A stretch of 64,000 nucleotides of DNA, taken from the NCBI GenBank assembly GCA_000165425.1, contig CT868563.1:62001-126000 (forward strand), read 5' to 3'. Positions 13,169 through 25,907 of the stretch are shown one piece after another (positions within the stretch are counted from its first letter, which is position 1; every line of letters begins with the position of its first letter). The position numbers and the translations under genes were made by a program. Below the pieces are notes generated by a model. It was not told where the DNA came from. It did not search any database and was given only the letters and a program-made list of their open reading frames with translations. The DNA comes from Paramecium tetraurelia (Eukaryota).

Positions 13169-14706
13169 ATGCATAAATACAGTTTAAGATTTAAAGACTC
13201 AAAAATTGAAGAACAGTATTTGATACATAGAAGTAAAACCTTATAATTTCCAACACTAACATATGTTACAGGAGGAGGATTCTTACTTTTGATGATTAAC
13301 TTTTTTGTTCATTTGATCAATCAAAAGTATTAGAATGCCATAAAAAATGGAGCCATTGCAGGCTATCTATTATTATAATACATTTTCTTAAGAAAATACC
13401 TAAAATTTAGAAAGTACACTAATCTTGCTTTACTAATCTGCAATATGATCTTTACAGCATTTGAATACCAGAATCCTGCCACTGTTAAAACATATTACGA
13501 TGGTTATATTCTGGGAAGCAATCAAATGTTGGTACATAATATCTTGATGTTTGCGAATAATCTTAGATTAGGTATCGTGGCTAATATAAGTCATACTATC
13601 TCAAGAATACTGATTGTGTAACTCTATCAGGGAAGTATGGATATTTAGCAATATGTTTACACCACTGTATTAAGTTTAAGTTTCATCGTCATATAATATG
13701 AAATTGAGAAGTAATACAGGAATTCTTTTTTTTTGTCTCTAAAAGACAGCACTTGGGGTATTAAATGTGTAAAATAATATATTAGAAATCATGACTCCCT
13801 TATTTTTAAAGAAACCTTACTTTTTATTTTCCTTTAATTAAGAAGAGAACGCATATCAAGTGATCTCATCTCACTTAAAGGAATACTTTGAGTCCGAGAC
13901 TCCTCTAACAACATTTATGTATCAATCCAAGGTTTTAGGTAATGAATCTTTATAGGCTTACATCTAACGCTTGACGATAAAAAGCATAGAAAATAATCAT
14001 AATTTATGCTTATTCAATCAATATCTGAACGTTGAATATCTTAACAAAAAGATCGCTATTTCGATGATAGCATATTAATTTGAAAAAGTGATCTATGCAA
14101 TAATAATTGAATCCGAAGATCCAATCAGAAAGGAGTAAAAAACGAAATACTTGTAGTAGATACAAATATATAAAGAATTTTTCCATTTACAAATAATGCC
14201 TATAAATAAGGTGTTGGCAACATTGTTAAAGGAGAATCATCATCCTTTGTTGAGGGATTTGAGAATTTCGTTGATAGAGATATATTATTAATAGTCTTAG
14301 GTTTGCGAATTAAAGTTAGTCACTATAAAGAAGTTACTTTAGAAGTGTGTGCAATTATTTTAGACTCCAAAACATTCAATAAACATAGTTTGCAATGAGG
14401 ACATAAAATTTGTAACTATGAAGCATGCATTAATAATATTTCTACTTGAAATTCTAAAGAAAAACAATGGCGAGTTTTTATAAATCAGAATAAGTTAAGT
14501 TTAAAATACTTCAATACAAGTAATTGGTATGAATTATCTACCTCAATCGGAGCTATTTTTAAAAAGCAAGGAGATGCTAGTTGAAAGAGTGTTAGAATCT
14601 CAAAATTGTAAATTTAATATGATATTTAGGTTTTATGTTCATATTAATGAAAACACCGCATTAAAATTTTAATGATTATTTTTATATTTAAGATTCGAAT
14701 TATTGA
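13169..14706 (+). CDS. Multi-pass membrane protein, paralog of 819..2362
   Basis: MHKYSLRFKDSKIEEQYLIHR; shared YYDGY.LGSNQMLVH.ILMFA motif; same intron positions. Confidence 0.75.
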
Positions 14707-14943
14707 TGGATGATTATTGATTTAATTACTTATGCTTAAGTCTTATAATATAAATTTAATAAGCATATATGTATATTTGTATATTATATTCTCTTATTAC
14801 CTAATCACTTAAGTTTAGTATTAGTGTGCAATTTTATTATAGTACCCTACACTATAAAAATCTATTAAATTAAGATATTGTTAATAATTGCATTATTTCT
14901 CTTACTTTAACTTTTAATTTGATATAATAAAAAATAAAATAAA

Positions 14944-15783
14944 ATGGACGATTCACAGTTAGATTTGGGAGCTTTAGAAGACATTGATCCAAGTTTAGAA
15001 GGAGGATTTAAAATACAATTTGATAGGGAAATTCACATAGAAACAAGGTAGATTTTGAAGGAATCATAATAATTTAGGGTTCAGGATGCGAATACAGGTC
15101 CATAAGAGATTGGAACATTAGAATTGGTGAGAGTGAAGATTTTAGTTTAAGTTAGTTGTGTTATAATTAAATTTAGGGAGAATAACAAGCATTCGAGAAT
15201 TTGAAAATTGAGTTAACAAGTGAAACAGATTTGTTTTTCAATTACATTACAATGTATAATTTAATTTGAGCATAGCATAAATAAGGACAATTATAAAAGA
15301 ATAAGGGAGGAATAAAAACTAACCATTGAATATCCTCAATTTTTATAAATGTTGATCAAGTTATTAAACTCATGTCACAAAGAGCCTAATCAGTACAAAT
15401 TTAAATTGATTCAGTTTCTTCTGCGTGTTCTTTATGCAATAGGATGGAGGGGCAAGACTTGATTTTATTGAGAATTTAGAATACAAATTTATGGAAATGC
15501 TGTCATTAGAATTCAGCTCAGCTTCTGAAGAGACAATTAGATAAAATGTTTCATTTAGATATAATTTAATGAAGGCTAAGTTGCAATTTGTTTAGAATAG
15601 GTATAGAGAAACACAATGTTATTTAGATTGAATGACATAGCCTCTTTGATAAAATTGAAGAATCCTTCCTTATTAGTGTAAATCAATAAGGCATCAGCTG
15701 GTGTCAGTTAAAATCAAAGTACTTAAAATGCTAGCAAATACTTGGGATAATCAAAAAAGAACAATACATCAAAATTTGTTTGA
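14944..15783 (+). CDS. SAS6L: SAS-6-like protein (SAS6L)
   Basis: IELTSETDLFFNY, EQKLTIEYPQF, ARLDFIENLEYKFMEMLSLEF (SAS-6 head domain) with only a short coil ending KLKNPSLL; 5 tiny introns. Confidence 0.8.
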
Positions 15784-15795
15784 TTTAGCTAATAT

Positions 15796-16754
15796 TCATA
15801 TTAACATCACAGGATTAAATATTTTAACTTCAACTTAATTATGACTAGCGAATCCAGAATGGGCTTCTTGTAATTAGATGATGTCTTTCTTTTCAAAGTC
15901 TTTATTACAAACCATACACTTTTTGTCTGGTAGACAAATACTAGAGATACAACTCATACACATGACATGTCCACAATGTTTGCTCATTCCAATTTTTTAA
16001 TATTTCAACGTTTTATTGCATGCATAACAAAAAACTTCCTTGGTTTCACCATTATTATCGTTCAATTTAGCGGGATACAATTTTTTAAGTTTGATTTCGT
16101 GATCTCTATTGGCAGGACATCTGCAAATATTTTTAGGCTATTCTAATTTTTCTTCCTATTATTCAGGTTGAGACTCAGGAACCCAGAAGTTTTTGCAAGT
16201 CAAATCCTTCTTCGACATTGTAAGCATTTCCTTTCCTTTGAGTTGCATTTTCTCTAAGACTTTCTTTTTTTACTCTGCCTCCAAATTGATATAACTAAAT
16301 TAATCAAAATTTCATTATTACCCTTACAATTTTTCTTCTACCTTAGATTTGAATTATCTTCTTTCAATGACATCATTTTAATAGTCTAACTTTTCAAAAT
16401 TTTATTCTTTTTCTTTTTGTTATGCTTCATCTTATTATTGCTATTTGTGCTCTTATTATTATTTCTTTTGATTGTAAGCCGCAATTAGTTTCTCATTCTC
16501 TTATTTTTGTTTCACCTTGTTTCATATGGAGAATAGCATACCATATTTTAGATGATGCATTCTCTACAAAATAAGTGTCCCTTTTCACAAGTCAAAGGTT
16601 CAATGACTCTACTTATACATAGATAACAAAAATCAAATGGTCTTTATGAATCTGAGCCAACACGAGAGTTTTAAGTGCCGAAATCTTTAACCATTTTCCT
16701 TTCCGCATATGTAAATACTGGGTTGGCTGTATTGTTTTTGGAATGTCTTGACAT
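15796..16754 (-). CDS. NOSIP: Nitric oxide synthase-interacting protein homolog (RING/U-box)
   Basis: MSRHSKNNTANPVFTYAERK, FDFCYLC..GHLFCRECI, C-terminal CGHVMCMSC..GFAS. Confidence 0.9.
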
Positions 16755-16786
16755 TATATTAAATTATTATTTTATATGTGTAATTT

Positions 16787-17559
16787 TCATACTTTATTGA
16801 ATAAATTTAATTTGAATTCTGGTGTTCTGCTCAAATGACTGATCAAATCTCTTTGTCTTATAGCTTCTCTTTGTTCAGGTGTTAATCCATTGAATTCAAA
16901 AGTGATTCCCTGTTCGGCCTTATTTCCAATCTACAAATTGCCATGAGCTGTATTGTAATAAATCCAACCTACACTATTATGATATTCCTTACCAATTAGT
17001 CCTCCCAACAAAGCTCCTGGTCCATATCTTCTGATGCTGAAAAATGCTGCCAATGCTGCTCCATAAGCTGCATGACCATAAATATATCTACTAAGTGTAT
17101 GTTCATGACCTCTTGAACAAACAAGTTAATAAAACCAGAAAAAGTAAGTAACTCCAAAGAAAGCACCAAGAGCTCCATGTCTAGATGCTTATCGAAGGGC
17201 AATGAAAGCTGGACCTGTGAATCCATTTTTGCTTCCAAATACTCTTCCCTTATTGATTGCCAATGCATTCACTGATAATTGCTTGAATTAGTAGGTAGCT
17301 CCGAATAATATTGCAGTAAGAGCTCCTTTGTAAGCATACTTAGCACATGTGCTAACGATATATGATGTATAATTATATACAGAACTTCCCAATGATGCTC
17401 CTAAAACATGTCACGAGTAGCCCACCATCTTCTCCACCAAGGTTGAGATCCTTTTACATAAATTGAATGAACATCGTTCTATTAAGGTCTTCCAGTGATT
17501 GCATATTGACTCTTATCTTCGTGGTTCTAATTCTAAAGTGGATTAGTGCCGAATCCCAT
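16787..17559 (-). CDS. Gly/Ala-rich membrane protein, possibly a Tim17/22/23-like mitochondrial inner-membrane protein
   Basis: MGFGTNPLQ..WWRRWW; TM segments with GxxxG (GALGAFFGV, GAALAAFF, GALLGG); 2 introns. Confidence 0.6.
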
Positions 17560-17680
17560 ATTTTAGATTAATAAATATTTATGTTCATTTCAAATTGTAT
17601 AAGATAGTACATAGACTGCAAAAACAAAGACAATTAATATGATATTAGAAACTTTAAAAAAATTATACATAAAGTGCCAT

Positions 17681-19188
17681 TCAATTTTGGCGTTCTTGTT
17701 TCCACCTATCAAAATATTATTCAAAATAAAGTTCGGATTAGTCTTAATTTTCTAATTCACATTTTTATATTTGATCATGTATCCTAAAGAATTCGGATAT
17801 GTACTTCTACTCTGTCCCATAAAGTTAGCGTACTAAAATCGATTAATTTGGTTACAATTGATAAATATAGTATCTAATGATCCGAGAATTTCCCATTTCA
17901 ATTTAGTTTAGGTTCTTTGAAGATTCAATGTAGTTGCAAATATCTCCAGTGTTCCCATTTCAACCAATCTCATAGTATCCTACTGCTTTATTTCTTTCGT
18001 GACATTTGAAAACGCCCAAGCAATTTCCGTTTGGACTTCAGGAACCGCTGACTAAAACATTGTGAACATTGTTTTCATGATATCATTGTTGTCTAACACT
18101 TTCTTTATCTAATAATAGTTGCCAGCAGTGATATTAGAAATGCACTAACAAATCTAATGGTTACACTCATAATCAATACCTCCCTGTTTAGACTCTTTAG
18201 TTGAGTACTCTTCATAAGGTGAGCAAAGACATCCAGAATATTAAGATTTAACACGTAATCTTTTTAGGTATCAGATCCTCTCAGAATATTCCCTATAATT
18301 CTCACGCAGGGAAATATTATTGGATTACCTTAATTGGATCTAAGTAATGTTATAAGTTTTGGAACCATTCCTGTATTGATAAACTCCTATTGTGGATCCA
18401 ATCCATTATTATTATTGCTTATGTAATGCAATGCCCAACAAACATCAGTCAGAGTGTCATTACTATCAAATTGGTCAATAATGTTCGAGAAATATTTGAT
18501 CAATTGTTTTTTATATTTCTAAATATTAAGTTAATAGAATTACTTCAATGGGCGGATTGGGATTTCCTCTGCATAAATTACTAATAGTCCAGGAGCATAT
18601 CTTTATTAAGGACTTATTATTTCTTAGTTAAAGCTATTCACTTATTTCTATACATCTTTATAATCCTCCCTGTCCTATTATTTAGCTTCGATATTCTTCA
18701 ACGTCTGCTGCTATATTCCCTAAGGCCCAGCAGACTTATTCTATAATGGATAAATGTTTAGAATCTAAATGCTTTAATATAGTTGGTATGCCACCATATT
18801 TTACAACGACTTGTGTTTGCTGAGTTGTTCCACTTACAATGTTTGTTAAAATCCAAATGGCTTCAAATATGAAAAGTTAATTGGAATTCTAATCAAGTAT
18901 TTATATCAATGTTGGAACCAAATTGTTCATGATTATAGATTATGAAATATCTATTGGATTATGATCAACGCTAATTAATTTCCTTATGGCAAGGATTCCG
19001 TAATGTTACTTGACAATATCATCTGATTAAATCATCTCTGTGTACACATCTATCAACTGTGGATTAACTTTTTTTTCATCTATTTCCTCATATTACTAGA
19101 GTATCCTCTGTTTAACCTCCTCCAAAATGTATTTAGGTAAAATCGATTCATAATTCATTTTTGTGTCATAATATTACTTAGAATCCAT
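17681..19188 (-). CDS. Importin-alpha-like ARM-repeat protein
   Basis: AIRKLIS, FEAIWILTNIVSGTTQQT, CWALGNIAAD, SWTISNLCRG, PCVRIIGNILRG, ISNITAGN. Confidence 0.9.
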
Positions 19189-19329
19189 ATTAATAAATAT
19201 ACTAATGATTTGCGATTGGAAATTTCACTAATTAAAAAAGAAACTCATCCTATTTAATTAATTAAATTGTTGTCATGCATATATGTTATTATTTATACGA
19301 GGAAAATTAAAACATAATATTTCATTCCT

Positions 19330-19890
19330 TCAATTTTGATCAGACTCATCATCACTATGGAATTATTGCTCATATTGCAGCTTTTGTTTATCAATCACTT
19401 ATCCTTACTTTAACTTCTCTTTATTTTACTTTTTCCCTGATTATTAATCCCCCTCTTGAATTTCTGAATTTTAATGTATTCCATTCAGAGATGACCCTGA
19501 ATTCATTTACAGCCTTTCATTTATTTATTTTTCCGAAAATCCCATCTGGGATAAACTATCCACTACCAACAACACTTCTTATTTTTGAAAAGTCTATGAC
19601 TAATTTCTTTTTCCGGCTTTTTGCTATTAACCTGATGTTTGATCCTTTTGCAAAAAGACTTTAAAAGCAATATCGATATTTGCTTGTAATTTCTTTTACA
19701 GGGGCTTAAATAACATTAATACGATTACTTGTTCTTCAATTAGCTTTTCCAATACCATTTTTAAGGAATTGTACATTCTAAAATAATCTATTTGTTTAAT
19801 CTCGTGAATATTAACATCTTTGATGTCAAAAGGGAAATCATCATTTTTGGGTTTCTACACCAAGAGAGGACGAGTTTACTTTCTGCTCAT
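19330..19890 (-). CDS. Hypothetical protein
   Basis: MSRKQTRPLLVQKPKNDDFPFDIKD...; acidic tail DSDDESDQN*. Confidence 0.6.
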
Positions 19891-20482
19891 TTTTTATTTT
19901 AAAATAATATTAATTGATAATATTTATTTAATCAATATCAATAAATTCTGTTTAATACATTAAATTATATCATCAAATAATGATTCATTTAATTTACCTA
20001 AAATTATACTGCATCTAAATATTCAAGATAAAAGATCTATATATTTAGTTCATTTCGTTTCTCCATTTATAGTTGAATCCGCAACTTAAAAAAGGTTATG
20101 ATATTCCACCATTGAAAATAACATTTGTTATAGGATAAACTCCCTAATCCAATTATTTTTAATTTTCTAACCGTGGAATAACCTCATGATTCAGAAATAA
20201 AAATTTATATATAGAAATATGCGTTTGATTTAGAAAATTGTTATAAATATAATAATTTAGAGTATTTTACACAATTAATAGTCTATATAAAATAAGTCTT
20301 ATTAAATATGTAGACTTAATTATTAAATAAGCAGAAAATTAGAATCAAATTACAAATTATCATTCTTTTATAAGAAATATAATGATAAAAGGTAGAAAGA
20401 TAATTATTTTATCCTTTTTATAATTTCTAACAATTTTATGATTTATATTTTAATGAATTCACTTTTATCATTTCTGATCCAA

Positions 20483-21119
20483 TCAGTCTTATGGAGCTGC
20501 TTATTCTTTGATTACTCCTAATTTTACTAAAATAGAGGTGGACAAATTCTAAACTGCTTGTGTAATATTACTACCGCTTAATGCAGAGGTTTCTAAGATA
20601 AATTAACTTTAAAATACCTATAAAAGGCATTTCTTTTTCATCAGCGAATTCATATCCTTCTTCGTATTTTACTTCTCTCTTATCTTCATTGTCAGATTTG
20701 TTGGCAACCAGCATTTTTACTATTCTTTTATTTGGATAATTATCAACCACTAATTTAATATTTTCTTAAACTTCAACCTTAAATCCACTTAGAACAATTA
20801 GCAAATGACTTCCTATTAGTTACATCATAGACTATAAAGACTCCATGAGCACCATTAAGATATTAACTTGTTGTCTCCAAAAATTCCTCAGATCCTGCTG
20901 TGTCCAAAATCTAAATATAATCCTTAAAATTACAGATAACTTCAGCTTTAAACCATTCAATTCTATAAGCCTTTATTGAAAATCCAGACCTGGTGTAGGA
21001 CTATAATTTTCAATAAAGTCATTATTGGTGTATCTCGCAAAGATAGCTGATTTACCTACACAAGGGCTTCCAAGGAGTAAGATCTTTAAAACTTAATCTG
21101 GTTTGGTTTATGGATCCAT
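20483..21119 (-). CDS. Divergent Rab-like small GTPase
   Basis: GSPCVGKS, DTAGSEEF, ANKSD, ETSAL; 3 tiny introns; ends EQAAPQD*. Confidence 0.85.
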
Positions 21120-21750
21120 ATTGTATTAATAATATTAGTTTGTAATTTAATTTTATAATAATTTATAGTAGAAAGAATCAGTTACGATTTAAATGCATTA
21201 CATTTAATATCATTAATATATTAAAAATGTAGATAATTAATTTGATTTATTCCTTTCAATCAATTTAATTGATGGATTAAAATATTCATAGACTGACAAT
21301 TCGATCAAAAATATCATTTACCTTTGTTTATTAATTGAGCATGATTTCGAAATTCTGGTTGCTAAAAATTAGTTAAATATAGTAATACCATATCTAAATG
21401 TCGAATGCATTAGATCAGAGTCATCTATGGAATAATTAATTCCTAATATTTTTTTTTAAGTTTTTAGAAAAATTAAGGAAAATAAAATTTTAAATTAGTA
21501 GAATTTACAACGTTTAATGAGCATACTAAGATTAATTTTGAATACTACAAAATATTCTTAAATTAATATATAATTATTATCATTAAAAGTAGATAAAATA
21601 ATGATAATAGGGCCTATATTTTATGAAAGATAAGCTTTACATAAATACTTATGCTAGATTGTTTATATTAAATTATTAAGTTATGAATGAGTGGATACTA
21701 TCGAAAGAATAATTTAATAAATTGGTTGAGATTAATATTCATAAAAAGAG

Positions 21751-21820
21751 ATTTTCAGTCACGAATTTTAAAATCATTGCTTTCATTCGAAAGATGGTGT
21801 TAATTTTTTTCATCAACTTA
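21751..21820 (-). ncRNA. Box C/D snoRNA with a guide to the LSU rRNA motif CGAAAGAUGGUG (snR39/snR59/U51-type target)
   Basis: Minus strand: box C TTGATGA, guide CACCATCTTTCG, D' ATGA, C' ATGATT, box D CTGA; 12-nt complement to the conserved LSU motif ACCCGAAAGATGGTGAAC. Confidence 0.8.
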
Positions 21821-21846
21821 ATATAATTTATATAAATAGATAGATT

Positions 21847-21910
21847 AGTATCAGTAAAACGAGTGAAATCATTAAGATCATGTGAAACACGGTTCTAATC
21901 ATCATTATAT
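21847..21910 (-). ncRNA. Box C/D snoRNA with a guide to the LSU rRNA motif UGAAACACGG
   Basis: Minus strand: box C ATGATGA, guide CCGTGTTTCA, D' ATGA, C' ATGATT, box D CTGA; 10-nt complement to the conserved LSU motif GTCTTGAAACACGGACC. Confidence 0.7.
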
Positions 21911-21960
21911 TTAGGCAGAATATTATTTAATAATAAATAACACTTTTTTTATTTCTTATT

Positions 21961-22919
21961 ATGGGATTAAAACAAATATTTAATTTATCAATCAATGATT
22001 AATAGTAAAGTCAAGTCAGAATTTTTGTAAAAACTAGCTTGCTGTTCAGAATATGCTTATAGAGAAGATACCAACTATCCTATTCGAAATCAAATGGAAG
22101 ATTGTATTCAATACTCTAAATAAGATCAGCCCATTATTATAAAGATAATTGTTTTGAGGATGGCACTACTTGTCTATTTGCAGTTTTTGATGGTCATGGA
22201 GGGACTGATGTTGTAGAATACATTACTAAAATTCTGCCTGAAGTAGCTTAATTTAAATATAACTAAAGACCTTTCTGAGGGATTTCAAGTAATTTAATAC
22301 TTTGAAACCGAACGATTATTTTGAATTAATATTCAAAAAGGTGGATGATTAATTAAAATTAGTAGGGGCTGCAGAAATAGGTGCCACCTGTTGCTTGACT
22401 TTATTAAGAAAGGAGGATAATAAAAGAAAATGTTATATTGCAAATTTGGGTGATACCAGAGCAGTTATGAATATAGATGGCAAAGCAGTCAGAATGACTG
22501 TCGATCACAAAGGAATAGACCCTGAGGAATAAGTTAGAGTTAAGTAAAGTTTAATGATTTAATTATGCTTTCTAAAGGCGGGAAGGAGGCACAATTGTGA
22601 GAGGTAGAGTGATGGGCCAATTAGCAGTAACCAGAGCATTTGGAGATCTAGATTTAAAAACTGTAGGTGTTTCTGTTAAGCCTGACTTAAAAGTGTAGGA
22701 AATTACACCCTAGTGCAAATATTTAATCATGGCTTCTGATGGGTTGTGGGACGTTGTTGATGACTAGGTATTAGTTTATCTAACTCTTAATTTCTTTAGA
22801 AAGCAATTGACTTAACTAAAGGACTTAAGAATTCTGATGAAATGACAAAGGAGCTATTGCAGTTTGCTTTGAAAAATGGCTCAAGAGACAACATTAGCAT
22901 CTTAATTGTAATGTTCTGA
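21961..22919 (+). CDS. Protein phosphatase 2C (PPM family)
   Basis: RNQMED, FAVFDGHGG, ANLGDTRAV, LAVTRAFGD, MASDGLWDV, GSRDNISI. Confidence 0.93.
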
Positions 22920-23026
22920 TTTATTAAAACAACAAGTATGAAACTAAACATTATGCAATATAGTATTTTAAGAATCATTTATTAAACTCTCTTAAAAAGT
23001 ATGAATTTATAAATATTGTAATACTC

Positions 23027-25039
23027 TCAATGTATATATCTATATGCATATGCCATAAATAGCATTCTAAATCTAATACTCAATACTTATTATTTTAATT
23101 TATTCTACTAAATTATGGCTTATTTAATTTGGCATTAATTCAATCTAAATCCTGTTGTTGACAATCAGCGAATTTCTAAGTTTATATTGTTTTACTAATT
23201 TTAAAAATCTTATTATTGTTTTATCTCTACTTAATTTCTAGCAATAAATATCTTATCTTCATACTTATAATTTGTTAGAATAATTTTTAATTAAGGAAAA
23301 TTAGACTTTGTATTATCATCTAATTAATGGAATCCATCAATAATGGAAAGAATTTAAAGTTTTTTCATTTTTTAATATAAACTTATCCCGCAAATGGAGG
23401 TACAAGAAACACTTGATAATTTGATATTGAATAATAACAATTTTAATTATACATTATATTATTTGAATAGGAGTATTAACGATAAAATATAATTAACAAA
23501 TATATATTTATATATTCTTACTATGAATCACACTTTAAGCAATTATGTAAAATCTGATATGATAATAGCCATTTTTAGATCTTCAAATTTTATTTCTTTT
23601 CCTATATTCTTTATTTCTACATAGAGATAATAAAATAATTCATTTGAATCCAGTAAAAGTGAGATAAGCCCTGTGATTAAGGAGAAAAAAGGAAAATCTG
23701 TTGGAAAATAAAAAAAACAAATCCAAAAGAGGTAAAAGTTTTCCAAGCAAATGATTGTGTACTGATAGTTTTTAATTTTATTCAGTAAGGCCAAAATTAT
23801 TGCTAAAGGCAAATAAAGGAATGATAGTTAAATTTAAGCAAAACATTAAAATAGATAACTGATTCTTTTATATTGTTATGATTTATTCTGTAATTTTAGT
23901 TATTGATGTCCATTATTTAATAACATTAAAATAACAATTGCAGCATAGACATAAATAAAATAATACACTTTATAACCTAATAGAACATGCAATATTGAAT
24001 CCTTAAATTGAATAAAAGTTAATATGTCTAATTCCTGCAAATTTCCTATCAAAATGTTCAAGAATACCATTCCTAATTTAAAACTATTATCCACTAAAGT
24101 GTTCAATTTTATCATTGCTTTGATGTATTCAAAATAATATTGCACCAAATAAATGATTATGACTAATGAAATTCTTTTGAAAACAAAGATACTTAGGATT
24201 TAGAGCAAGAATAGAATTACATAAATGTAAATAATTGTTTCGGCTATGGATCTTTCAACATTAAACGACCCCAATTAAATAAAACTATTAGTATATATTT
24301 GAAACAAAGTTAAATACAGTATTAACTTTTCTAATTAAAATAATTTAGTTTTCATGTTGATTTATTAAGAAGCTCTCATTATTGAAACTAATGCTAGAAA
24401 TTGCCAATTAGAGATAAGCAGGAATACTATTGATGAGACTATGATTTAAACTCTATAAATTTAATCTTATTTAAGTTTGATCAACTGATCGTAATACTTA
24501 AATGCAATAAAAATAGCAATAATGTGATACTCTTTCATAAAAATTTACAAAGTTTCATAAAAGTCAAATTTCTATTCTCCACAGAAAATATCGCTATAAA
24601 AGGTACTGCAACTGCTACCAAGTTATAATATATGATCATTATTTCCTTTTATGCACTAATTGCTAAAGCCATCAAATTTGCATTAATGAGCTAGAAATGC
24701 CTTATGATAAAAGGAGCGAAACACCATAACAAGCAACTCTTCTTCGGTCTATCTTAGGTAATAACCAAATTTTATCTCTTATTATTGAATCTAAGTAAAT
24801 CCTTCCCGTATTTCAAAGTATTAATGCTCAATCACACACCCAGATGCTAAAACTAAATACTAGAGTTAGGGATCATCTATTTCTAATAAATTGTGTAAAT
24901 AATTATAATCATTGAAGCATTAATGAGGAAATGGCAAATTAATATCATCAAATGAGATTTTTTCTTCTAGTTAATTAAAGATATCTTGATCATTATTCTA
25001 ATCAAATTATACTAATTTCTAAGGTAATTTAATTTCCAT
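23027..25039 (-). CDS. Hypothetical multi-pass membrane protein
   Basis: MEIKLPQKLVQFDQ... followed by many hydrophobic stretches; 3' boundary approximate. Confidence 0.5.
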
Positions 25040-25170
25040 ACTTATGATAATTTCTATTGTAGTCCCTATATTTCAAAATTTGAAGCCTATATGCTCAATA
25101 TGTATATATGTAAAATTAAAATAAATAACATATATTAAATATTTCATAGAGATTAATAATATTATATCAA

Positions 25171-25621
25171 TCATATGAATTGGATAGATAATATTGATTT
25201 TTTAGTTTATTCAGAGGAATTTAGATGAAGGCATAAAAATGAGGATAATTCTAAATAGGTATCTTCTTTTTGAGAGAAAAGTTTAAATAACATTATTTAA
25301 TATTTGATAATGCTGTTTCAGTTCTGAAATCTGAAATACTAAAGGATATAATAGAGTAATTCTTGTTTATAAATTTAAGATTTTGTCTTACTCTTTGTGT
25401 AATTCAGGCTTATGATTTTAAATTTAATTAAAGATGATGTTTACTCTTTTTCTAAATTTACTTATAATCCTTTATTGTTTTATCTTATTTGGATAAATTA
25501 TCAATATTGTCTAAATATTCATGGTTCTGAATTCAATCTTACAGAAATGTAGAGGTATGAGAATTCTCATCAGATTTTGTATCTAACCGCAAAAGTCTTA
25601 ACACAATTAAATAAGATTCAT
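25171..25621 (-). CDS. Hypothetical protein
   Basis: ~150-codon open frame in the ciliate code; no recognisable motif. Confidence 0.3.
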
Positions 25622-25907
25622 TAAATTTTTGTTGTTTCATAACTGTCATTACTGCTATAAATATGAAAGAAAAGACATCTATAATATTCAGAATTTCATA
25701 GGATAATTATTATTCTCATTGAACCTTAATATTATTAATATAATTTTGGTAGAAAAATGGCTAGTTTAGAATATTAAAAATCAAAGATTAAACCAAATTA
25801 GATATTAATAGGCTCCTTATTCAATCACAATTAGATTAAAAATCCTTTTCATTTAAAAAAAAGAGTTGTTCTAAATATCATTTATTTTATTCATTAATAT
25901 TATTAAG

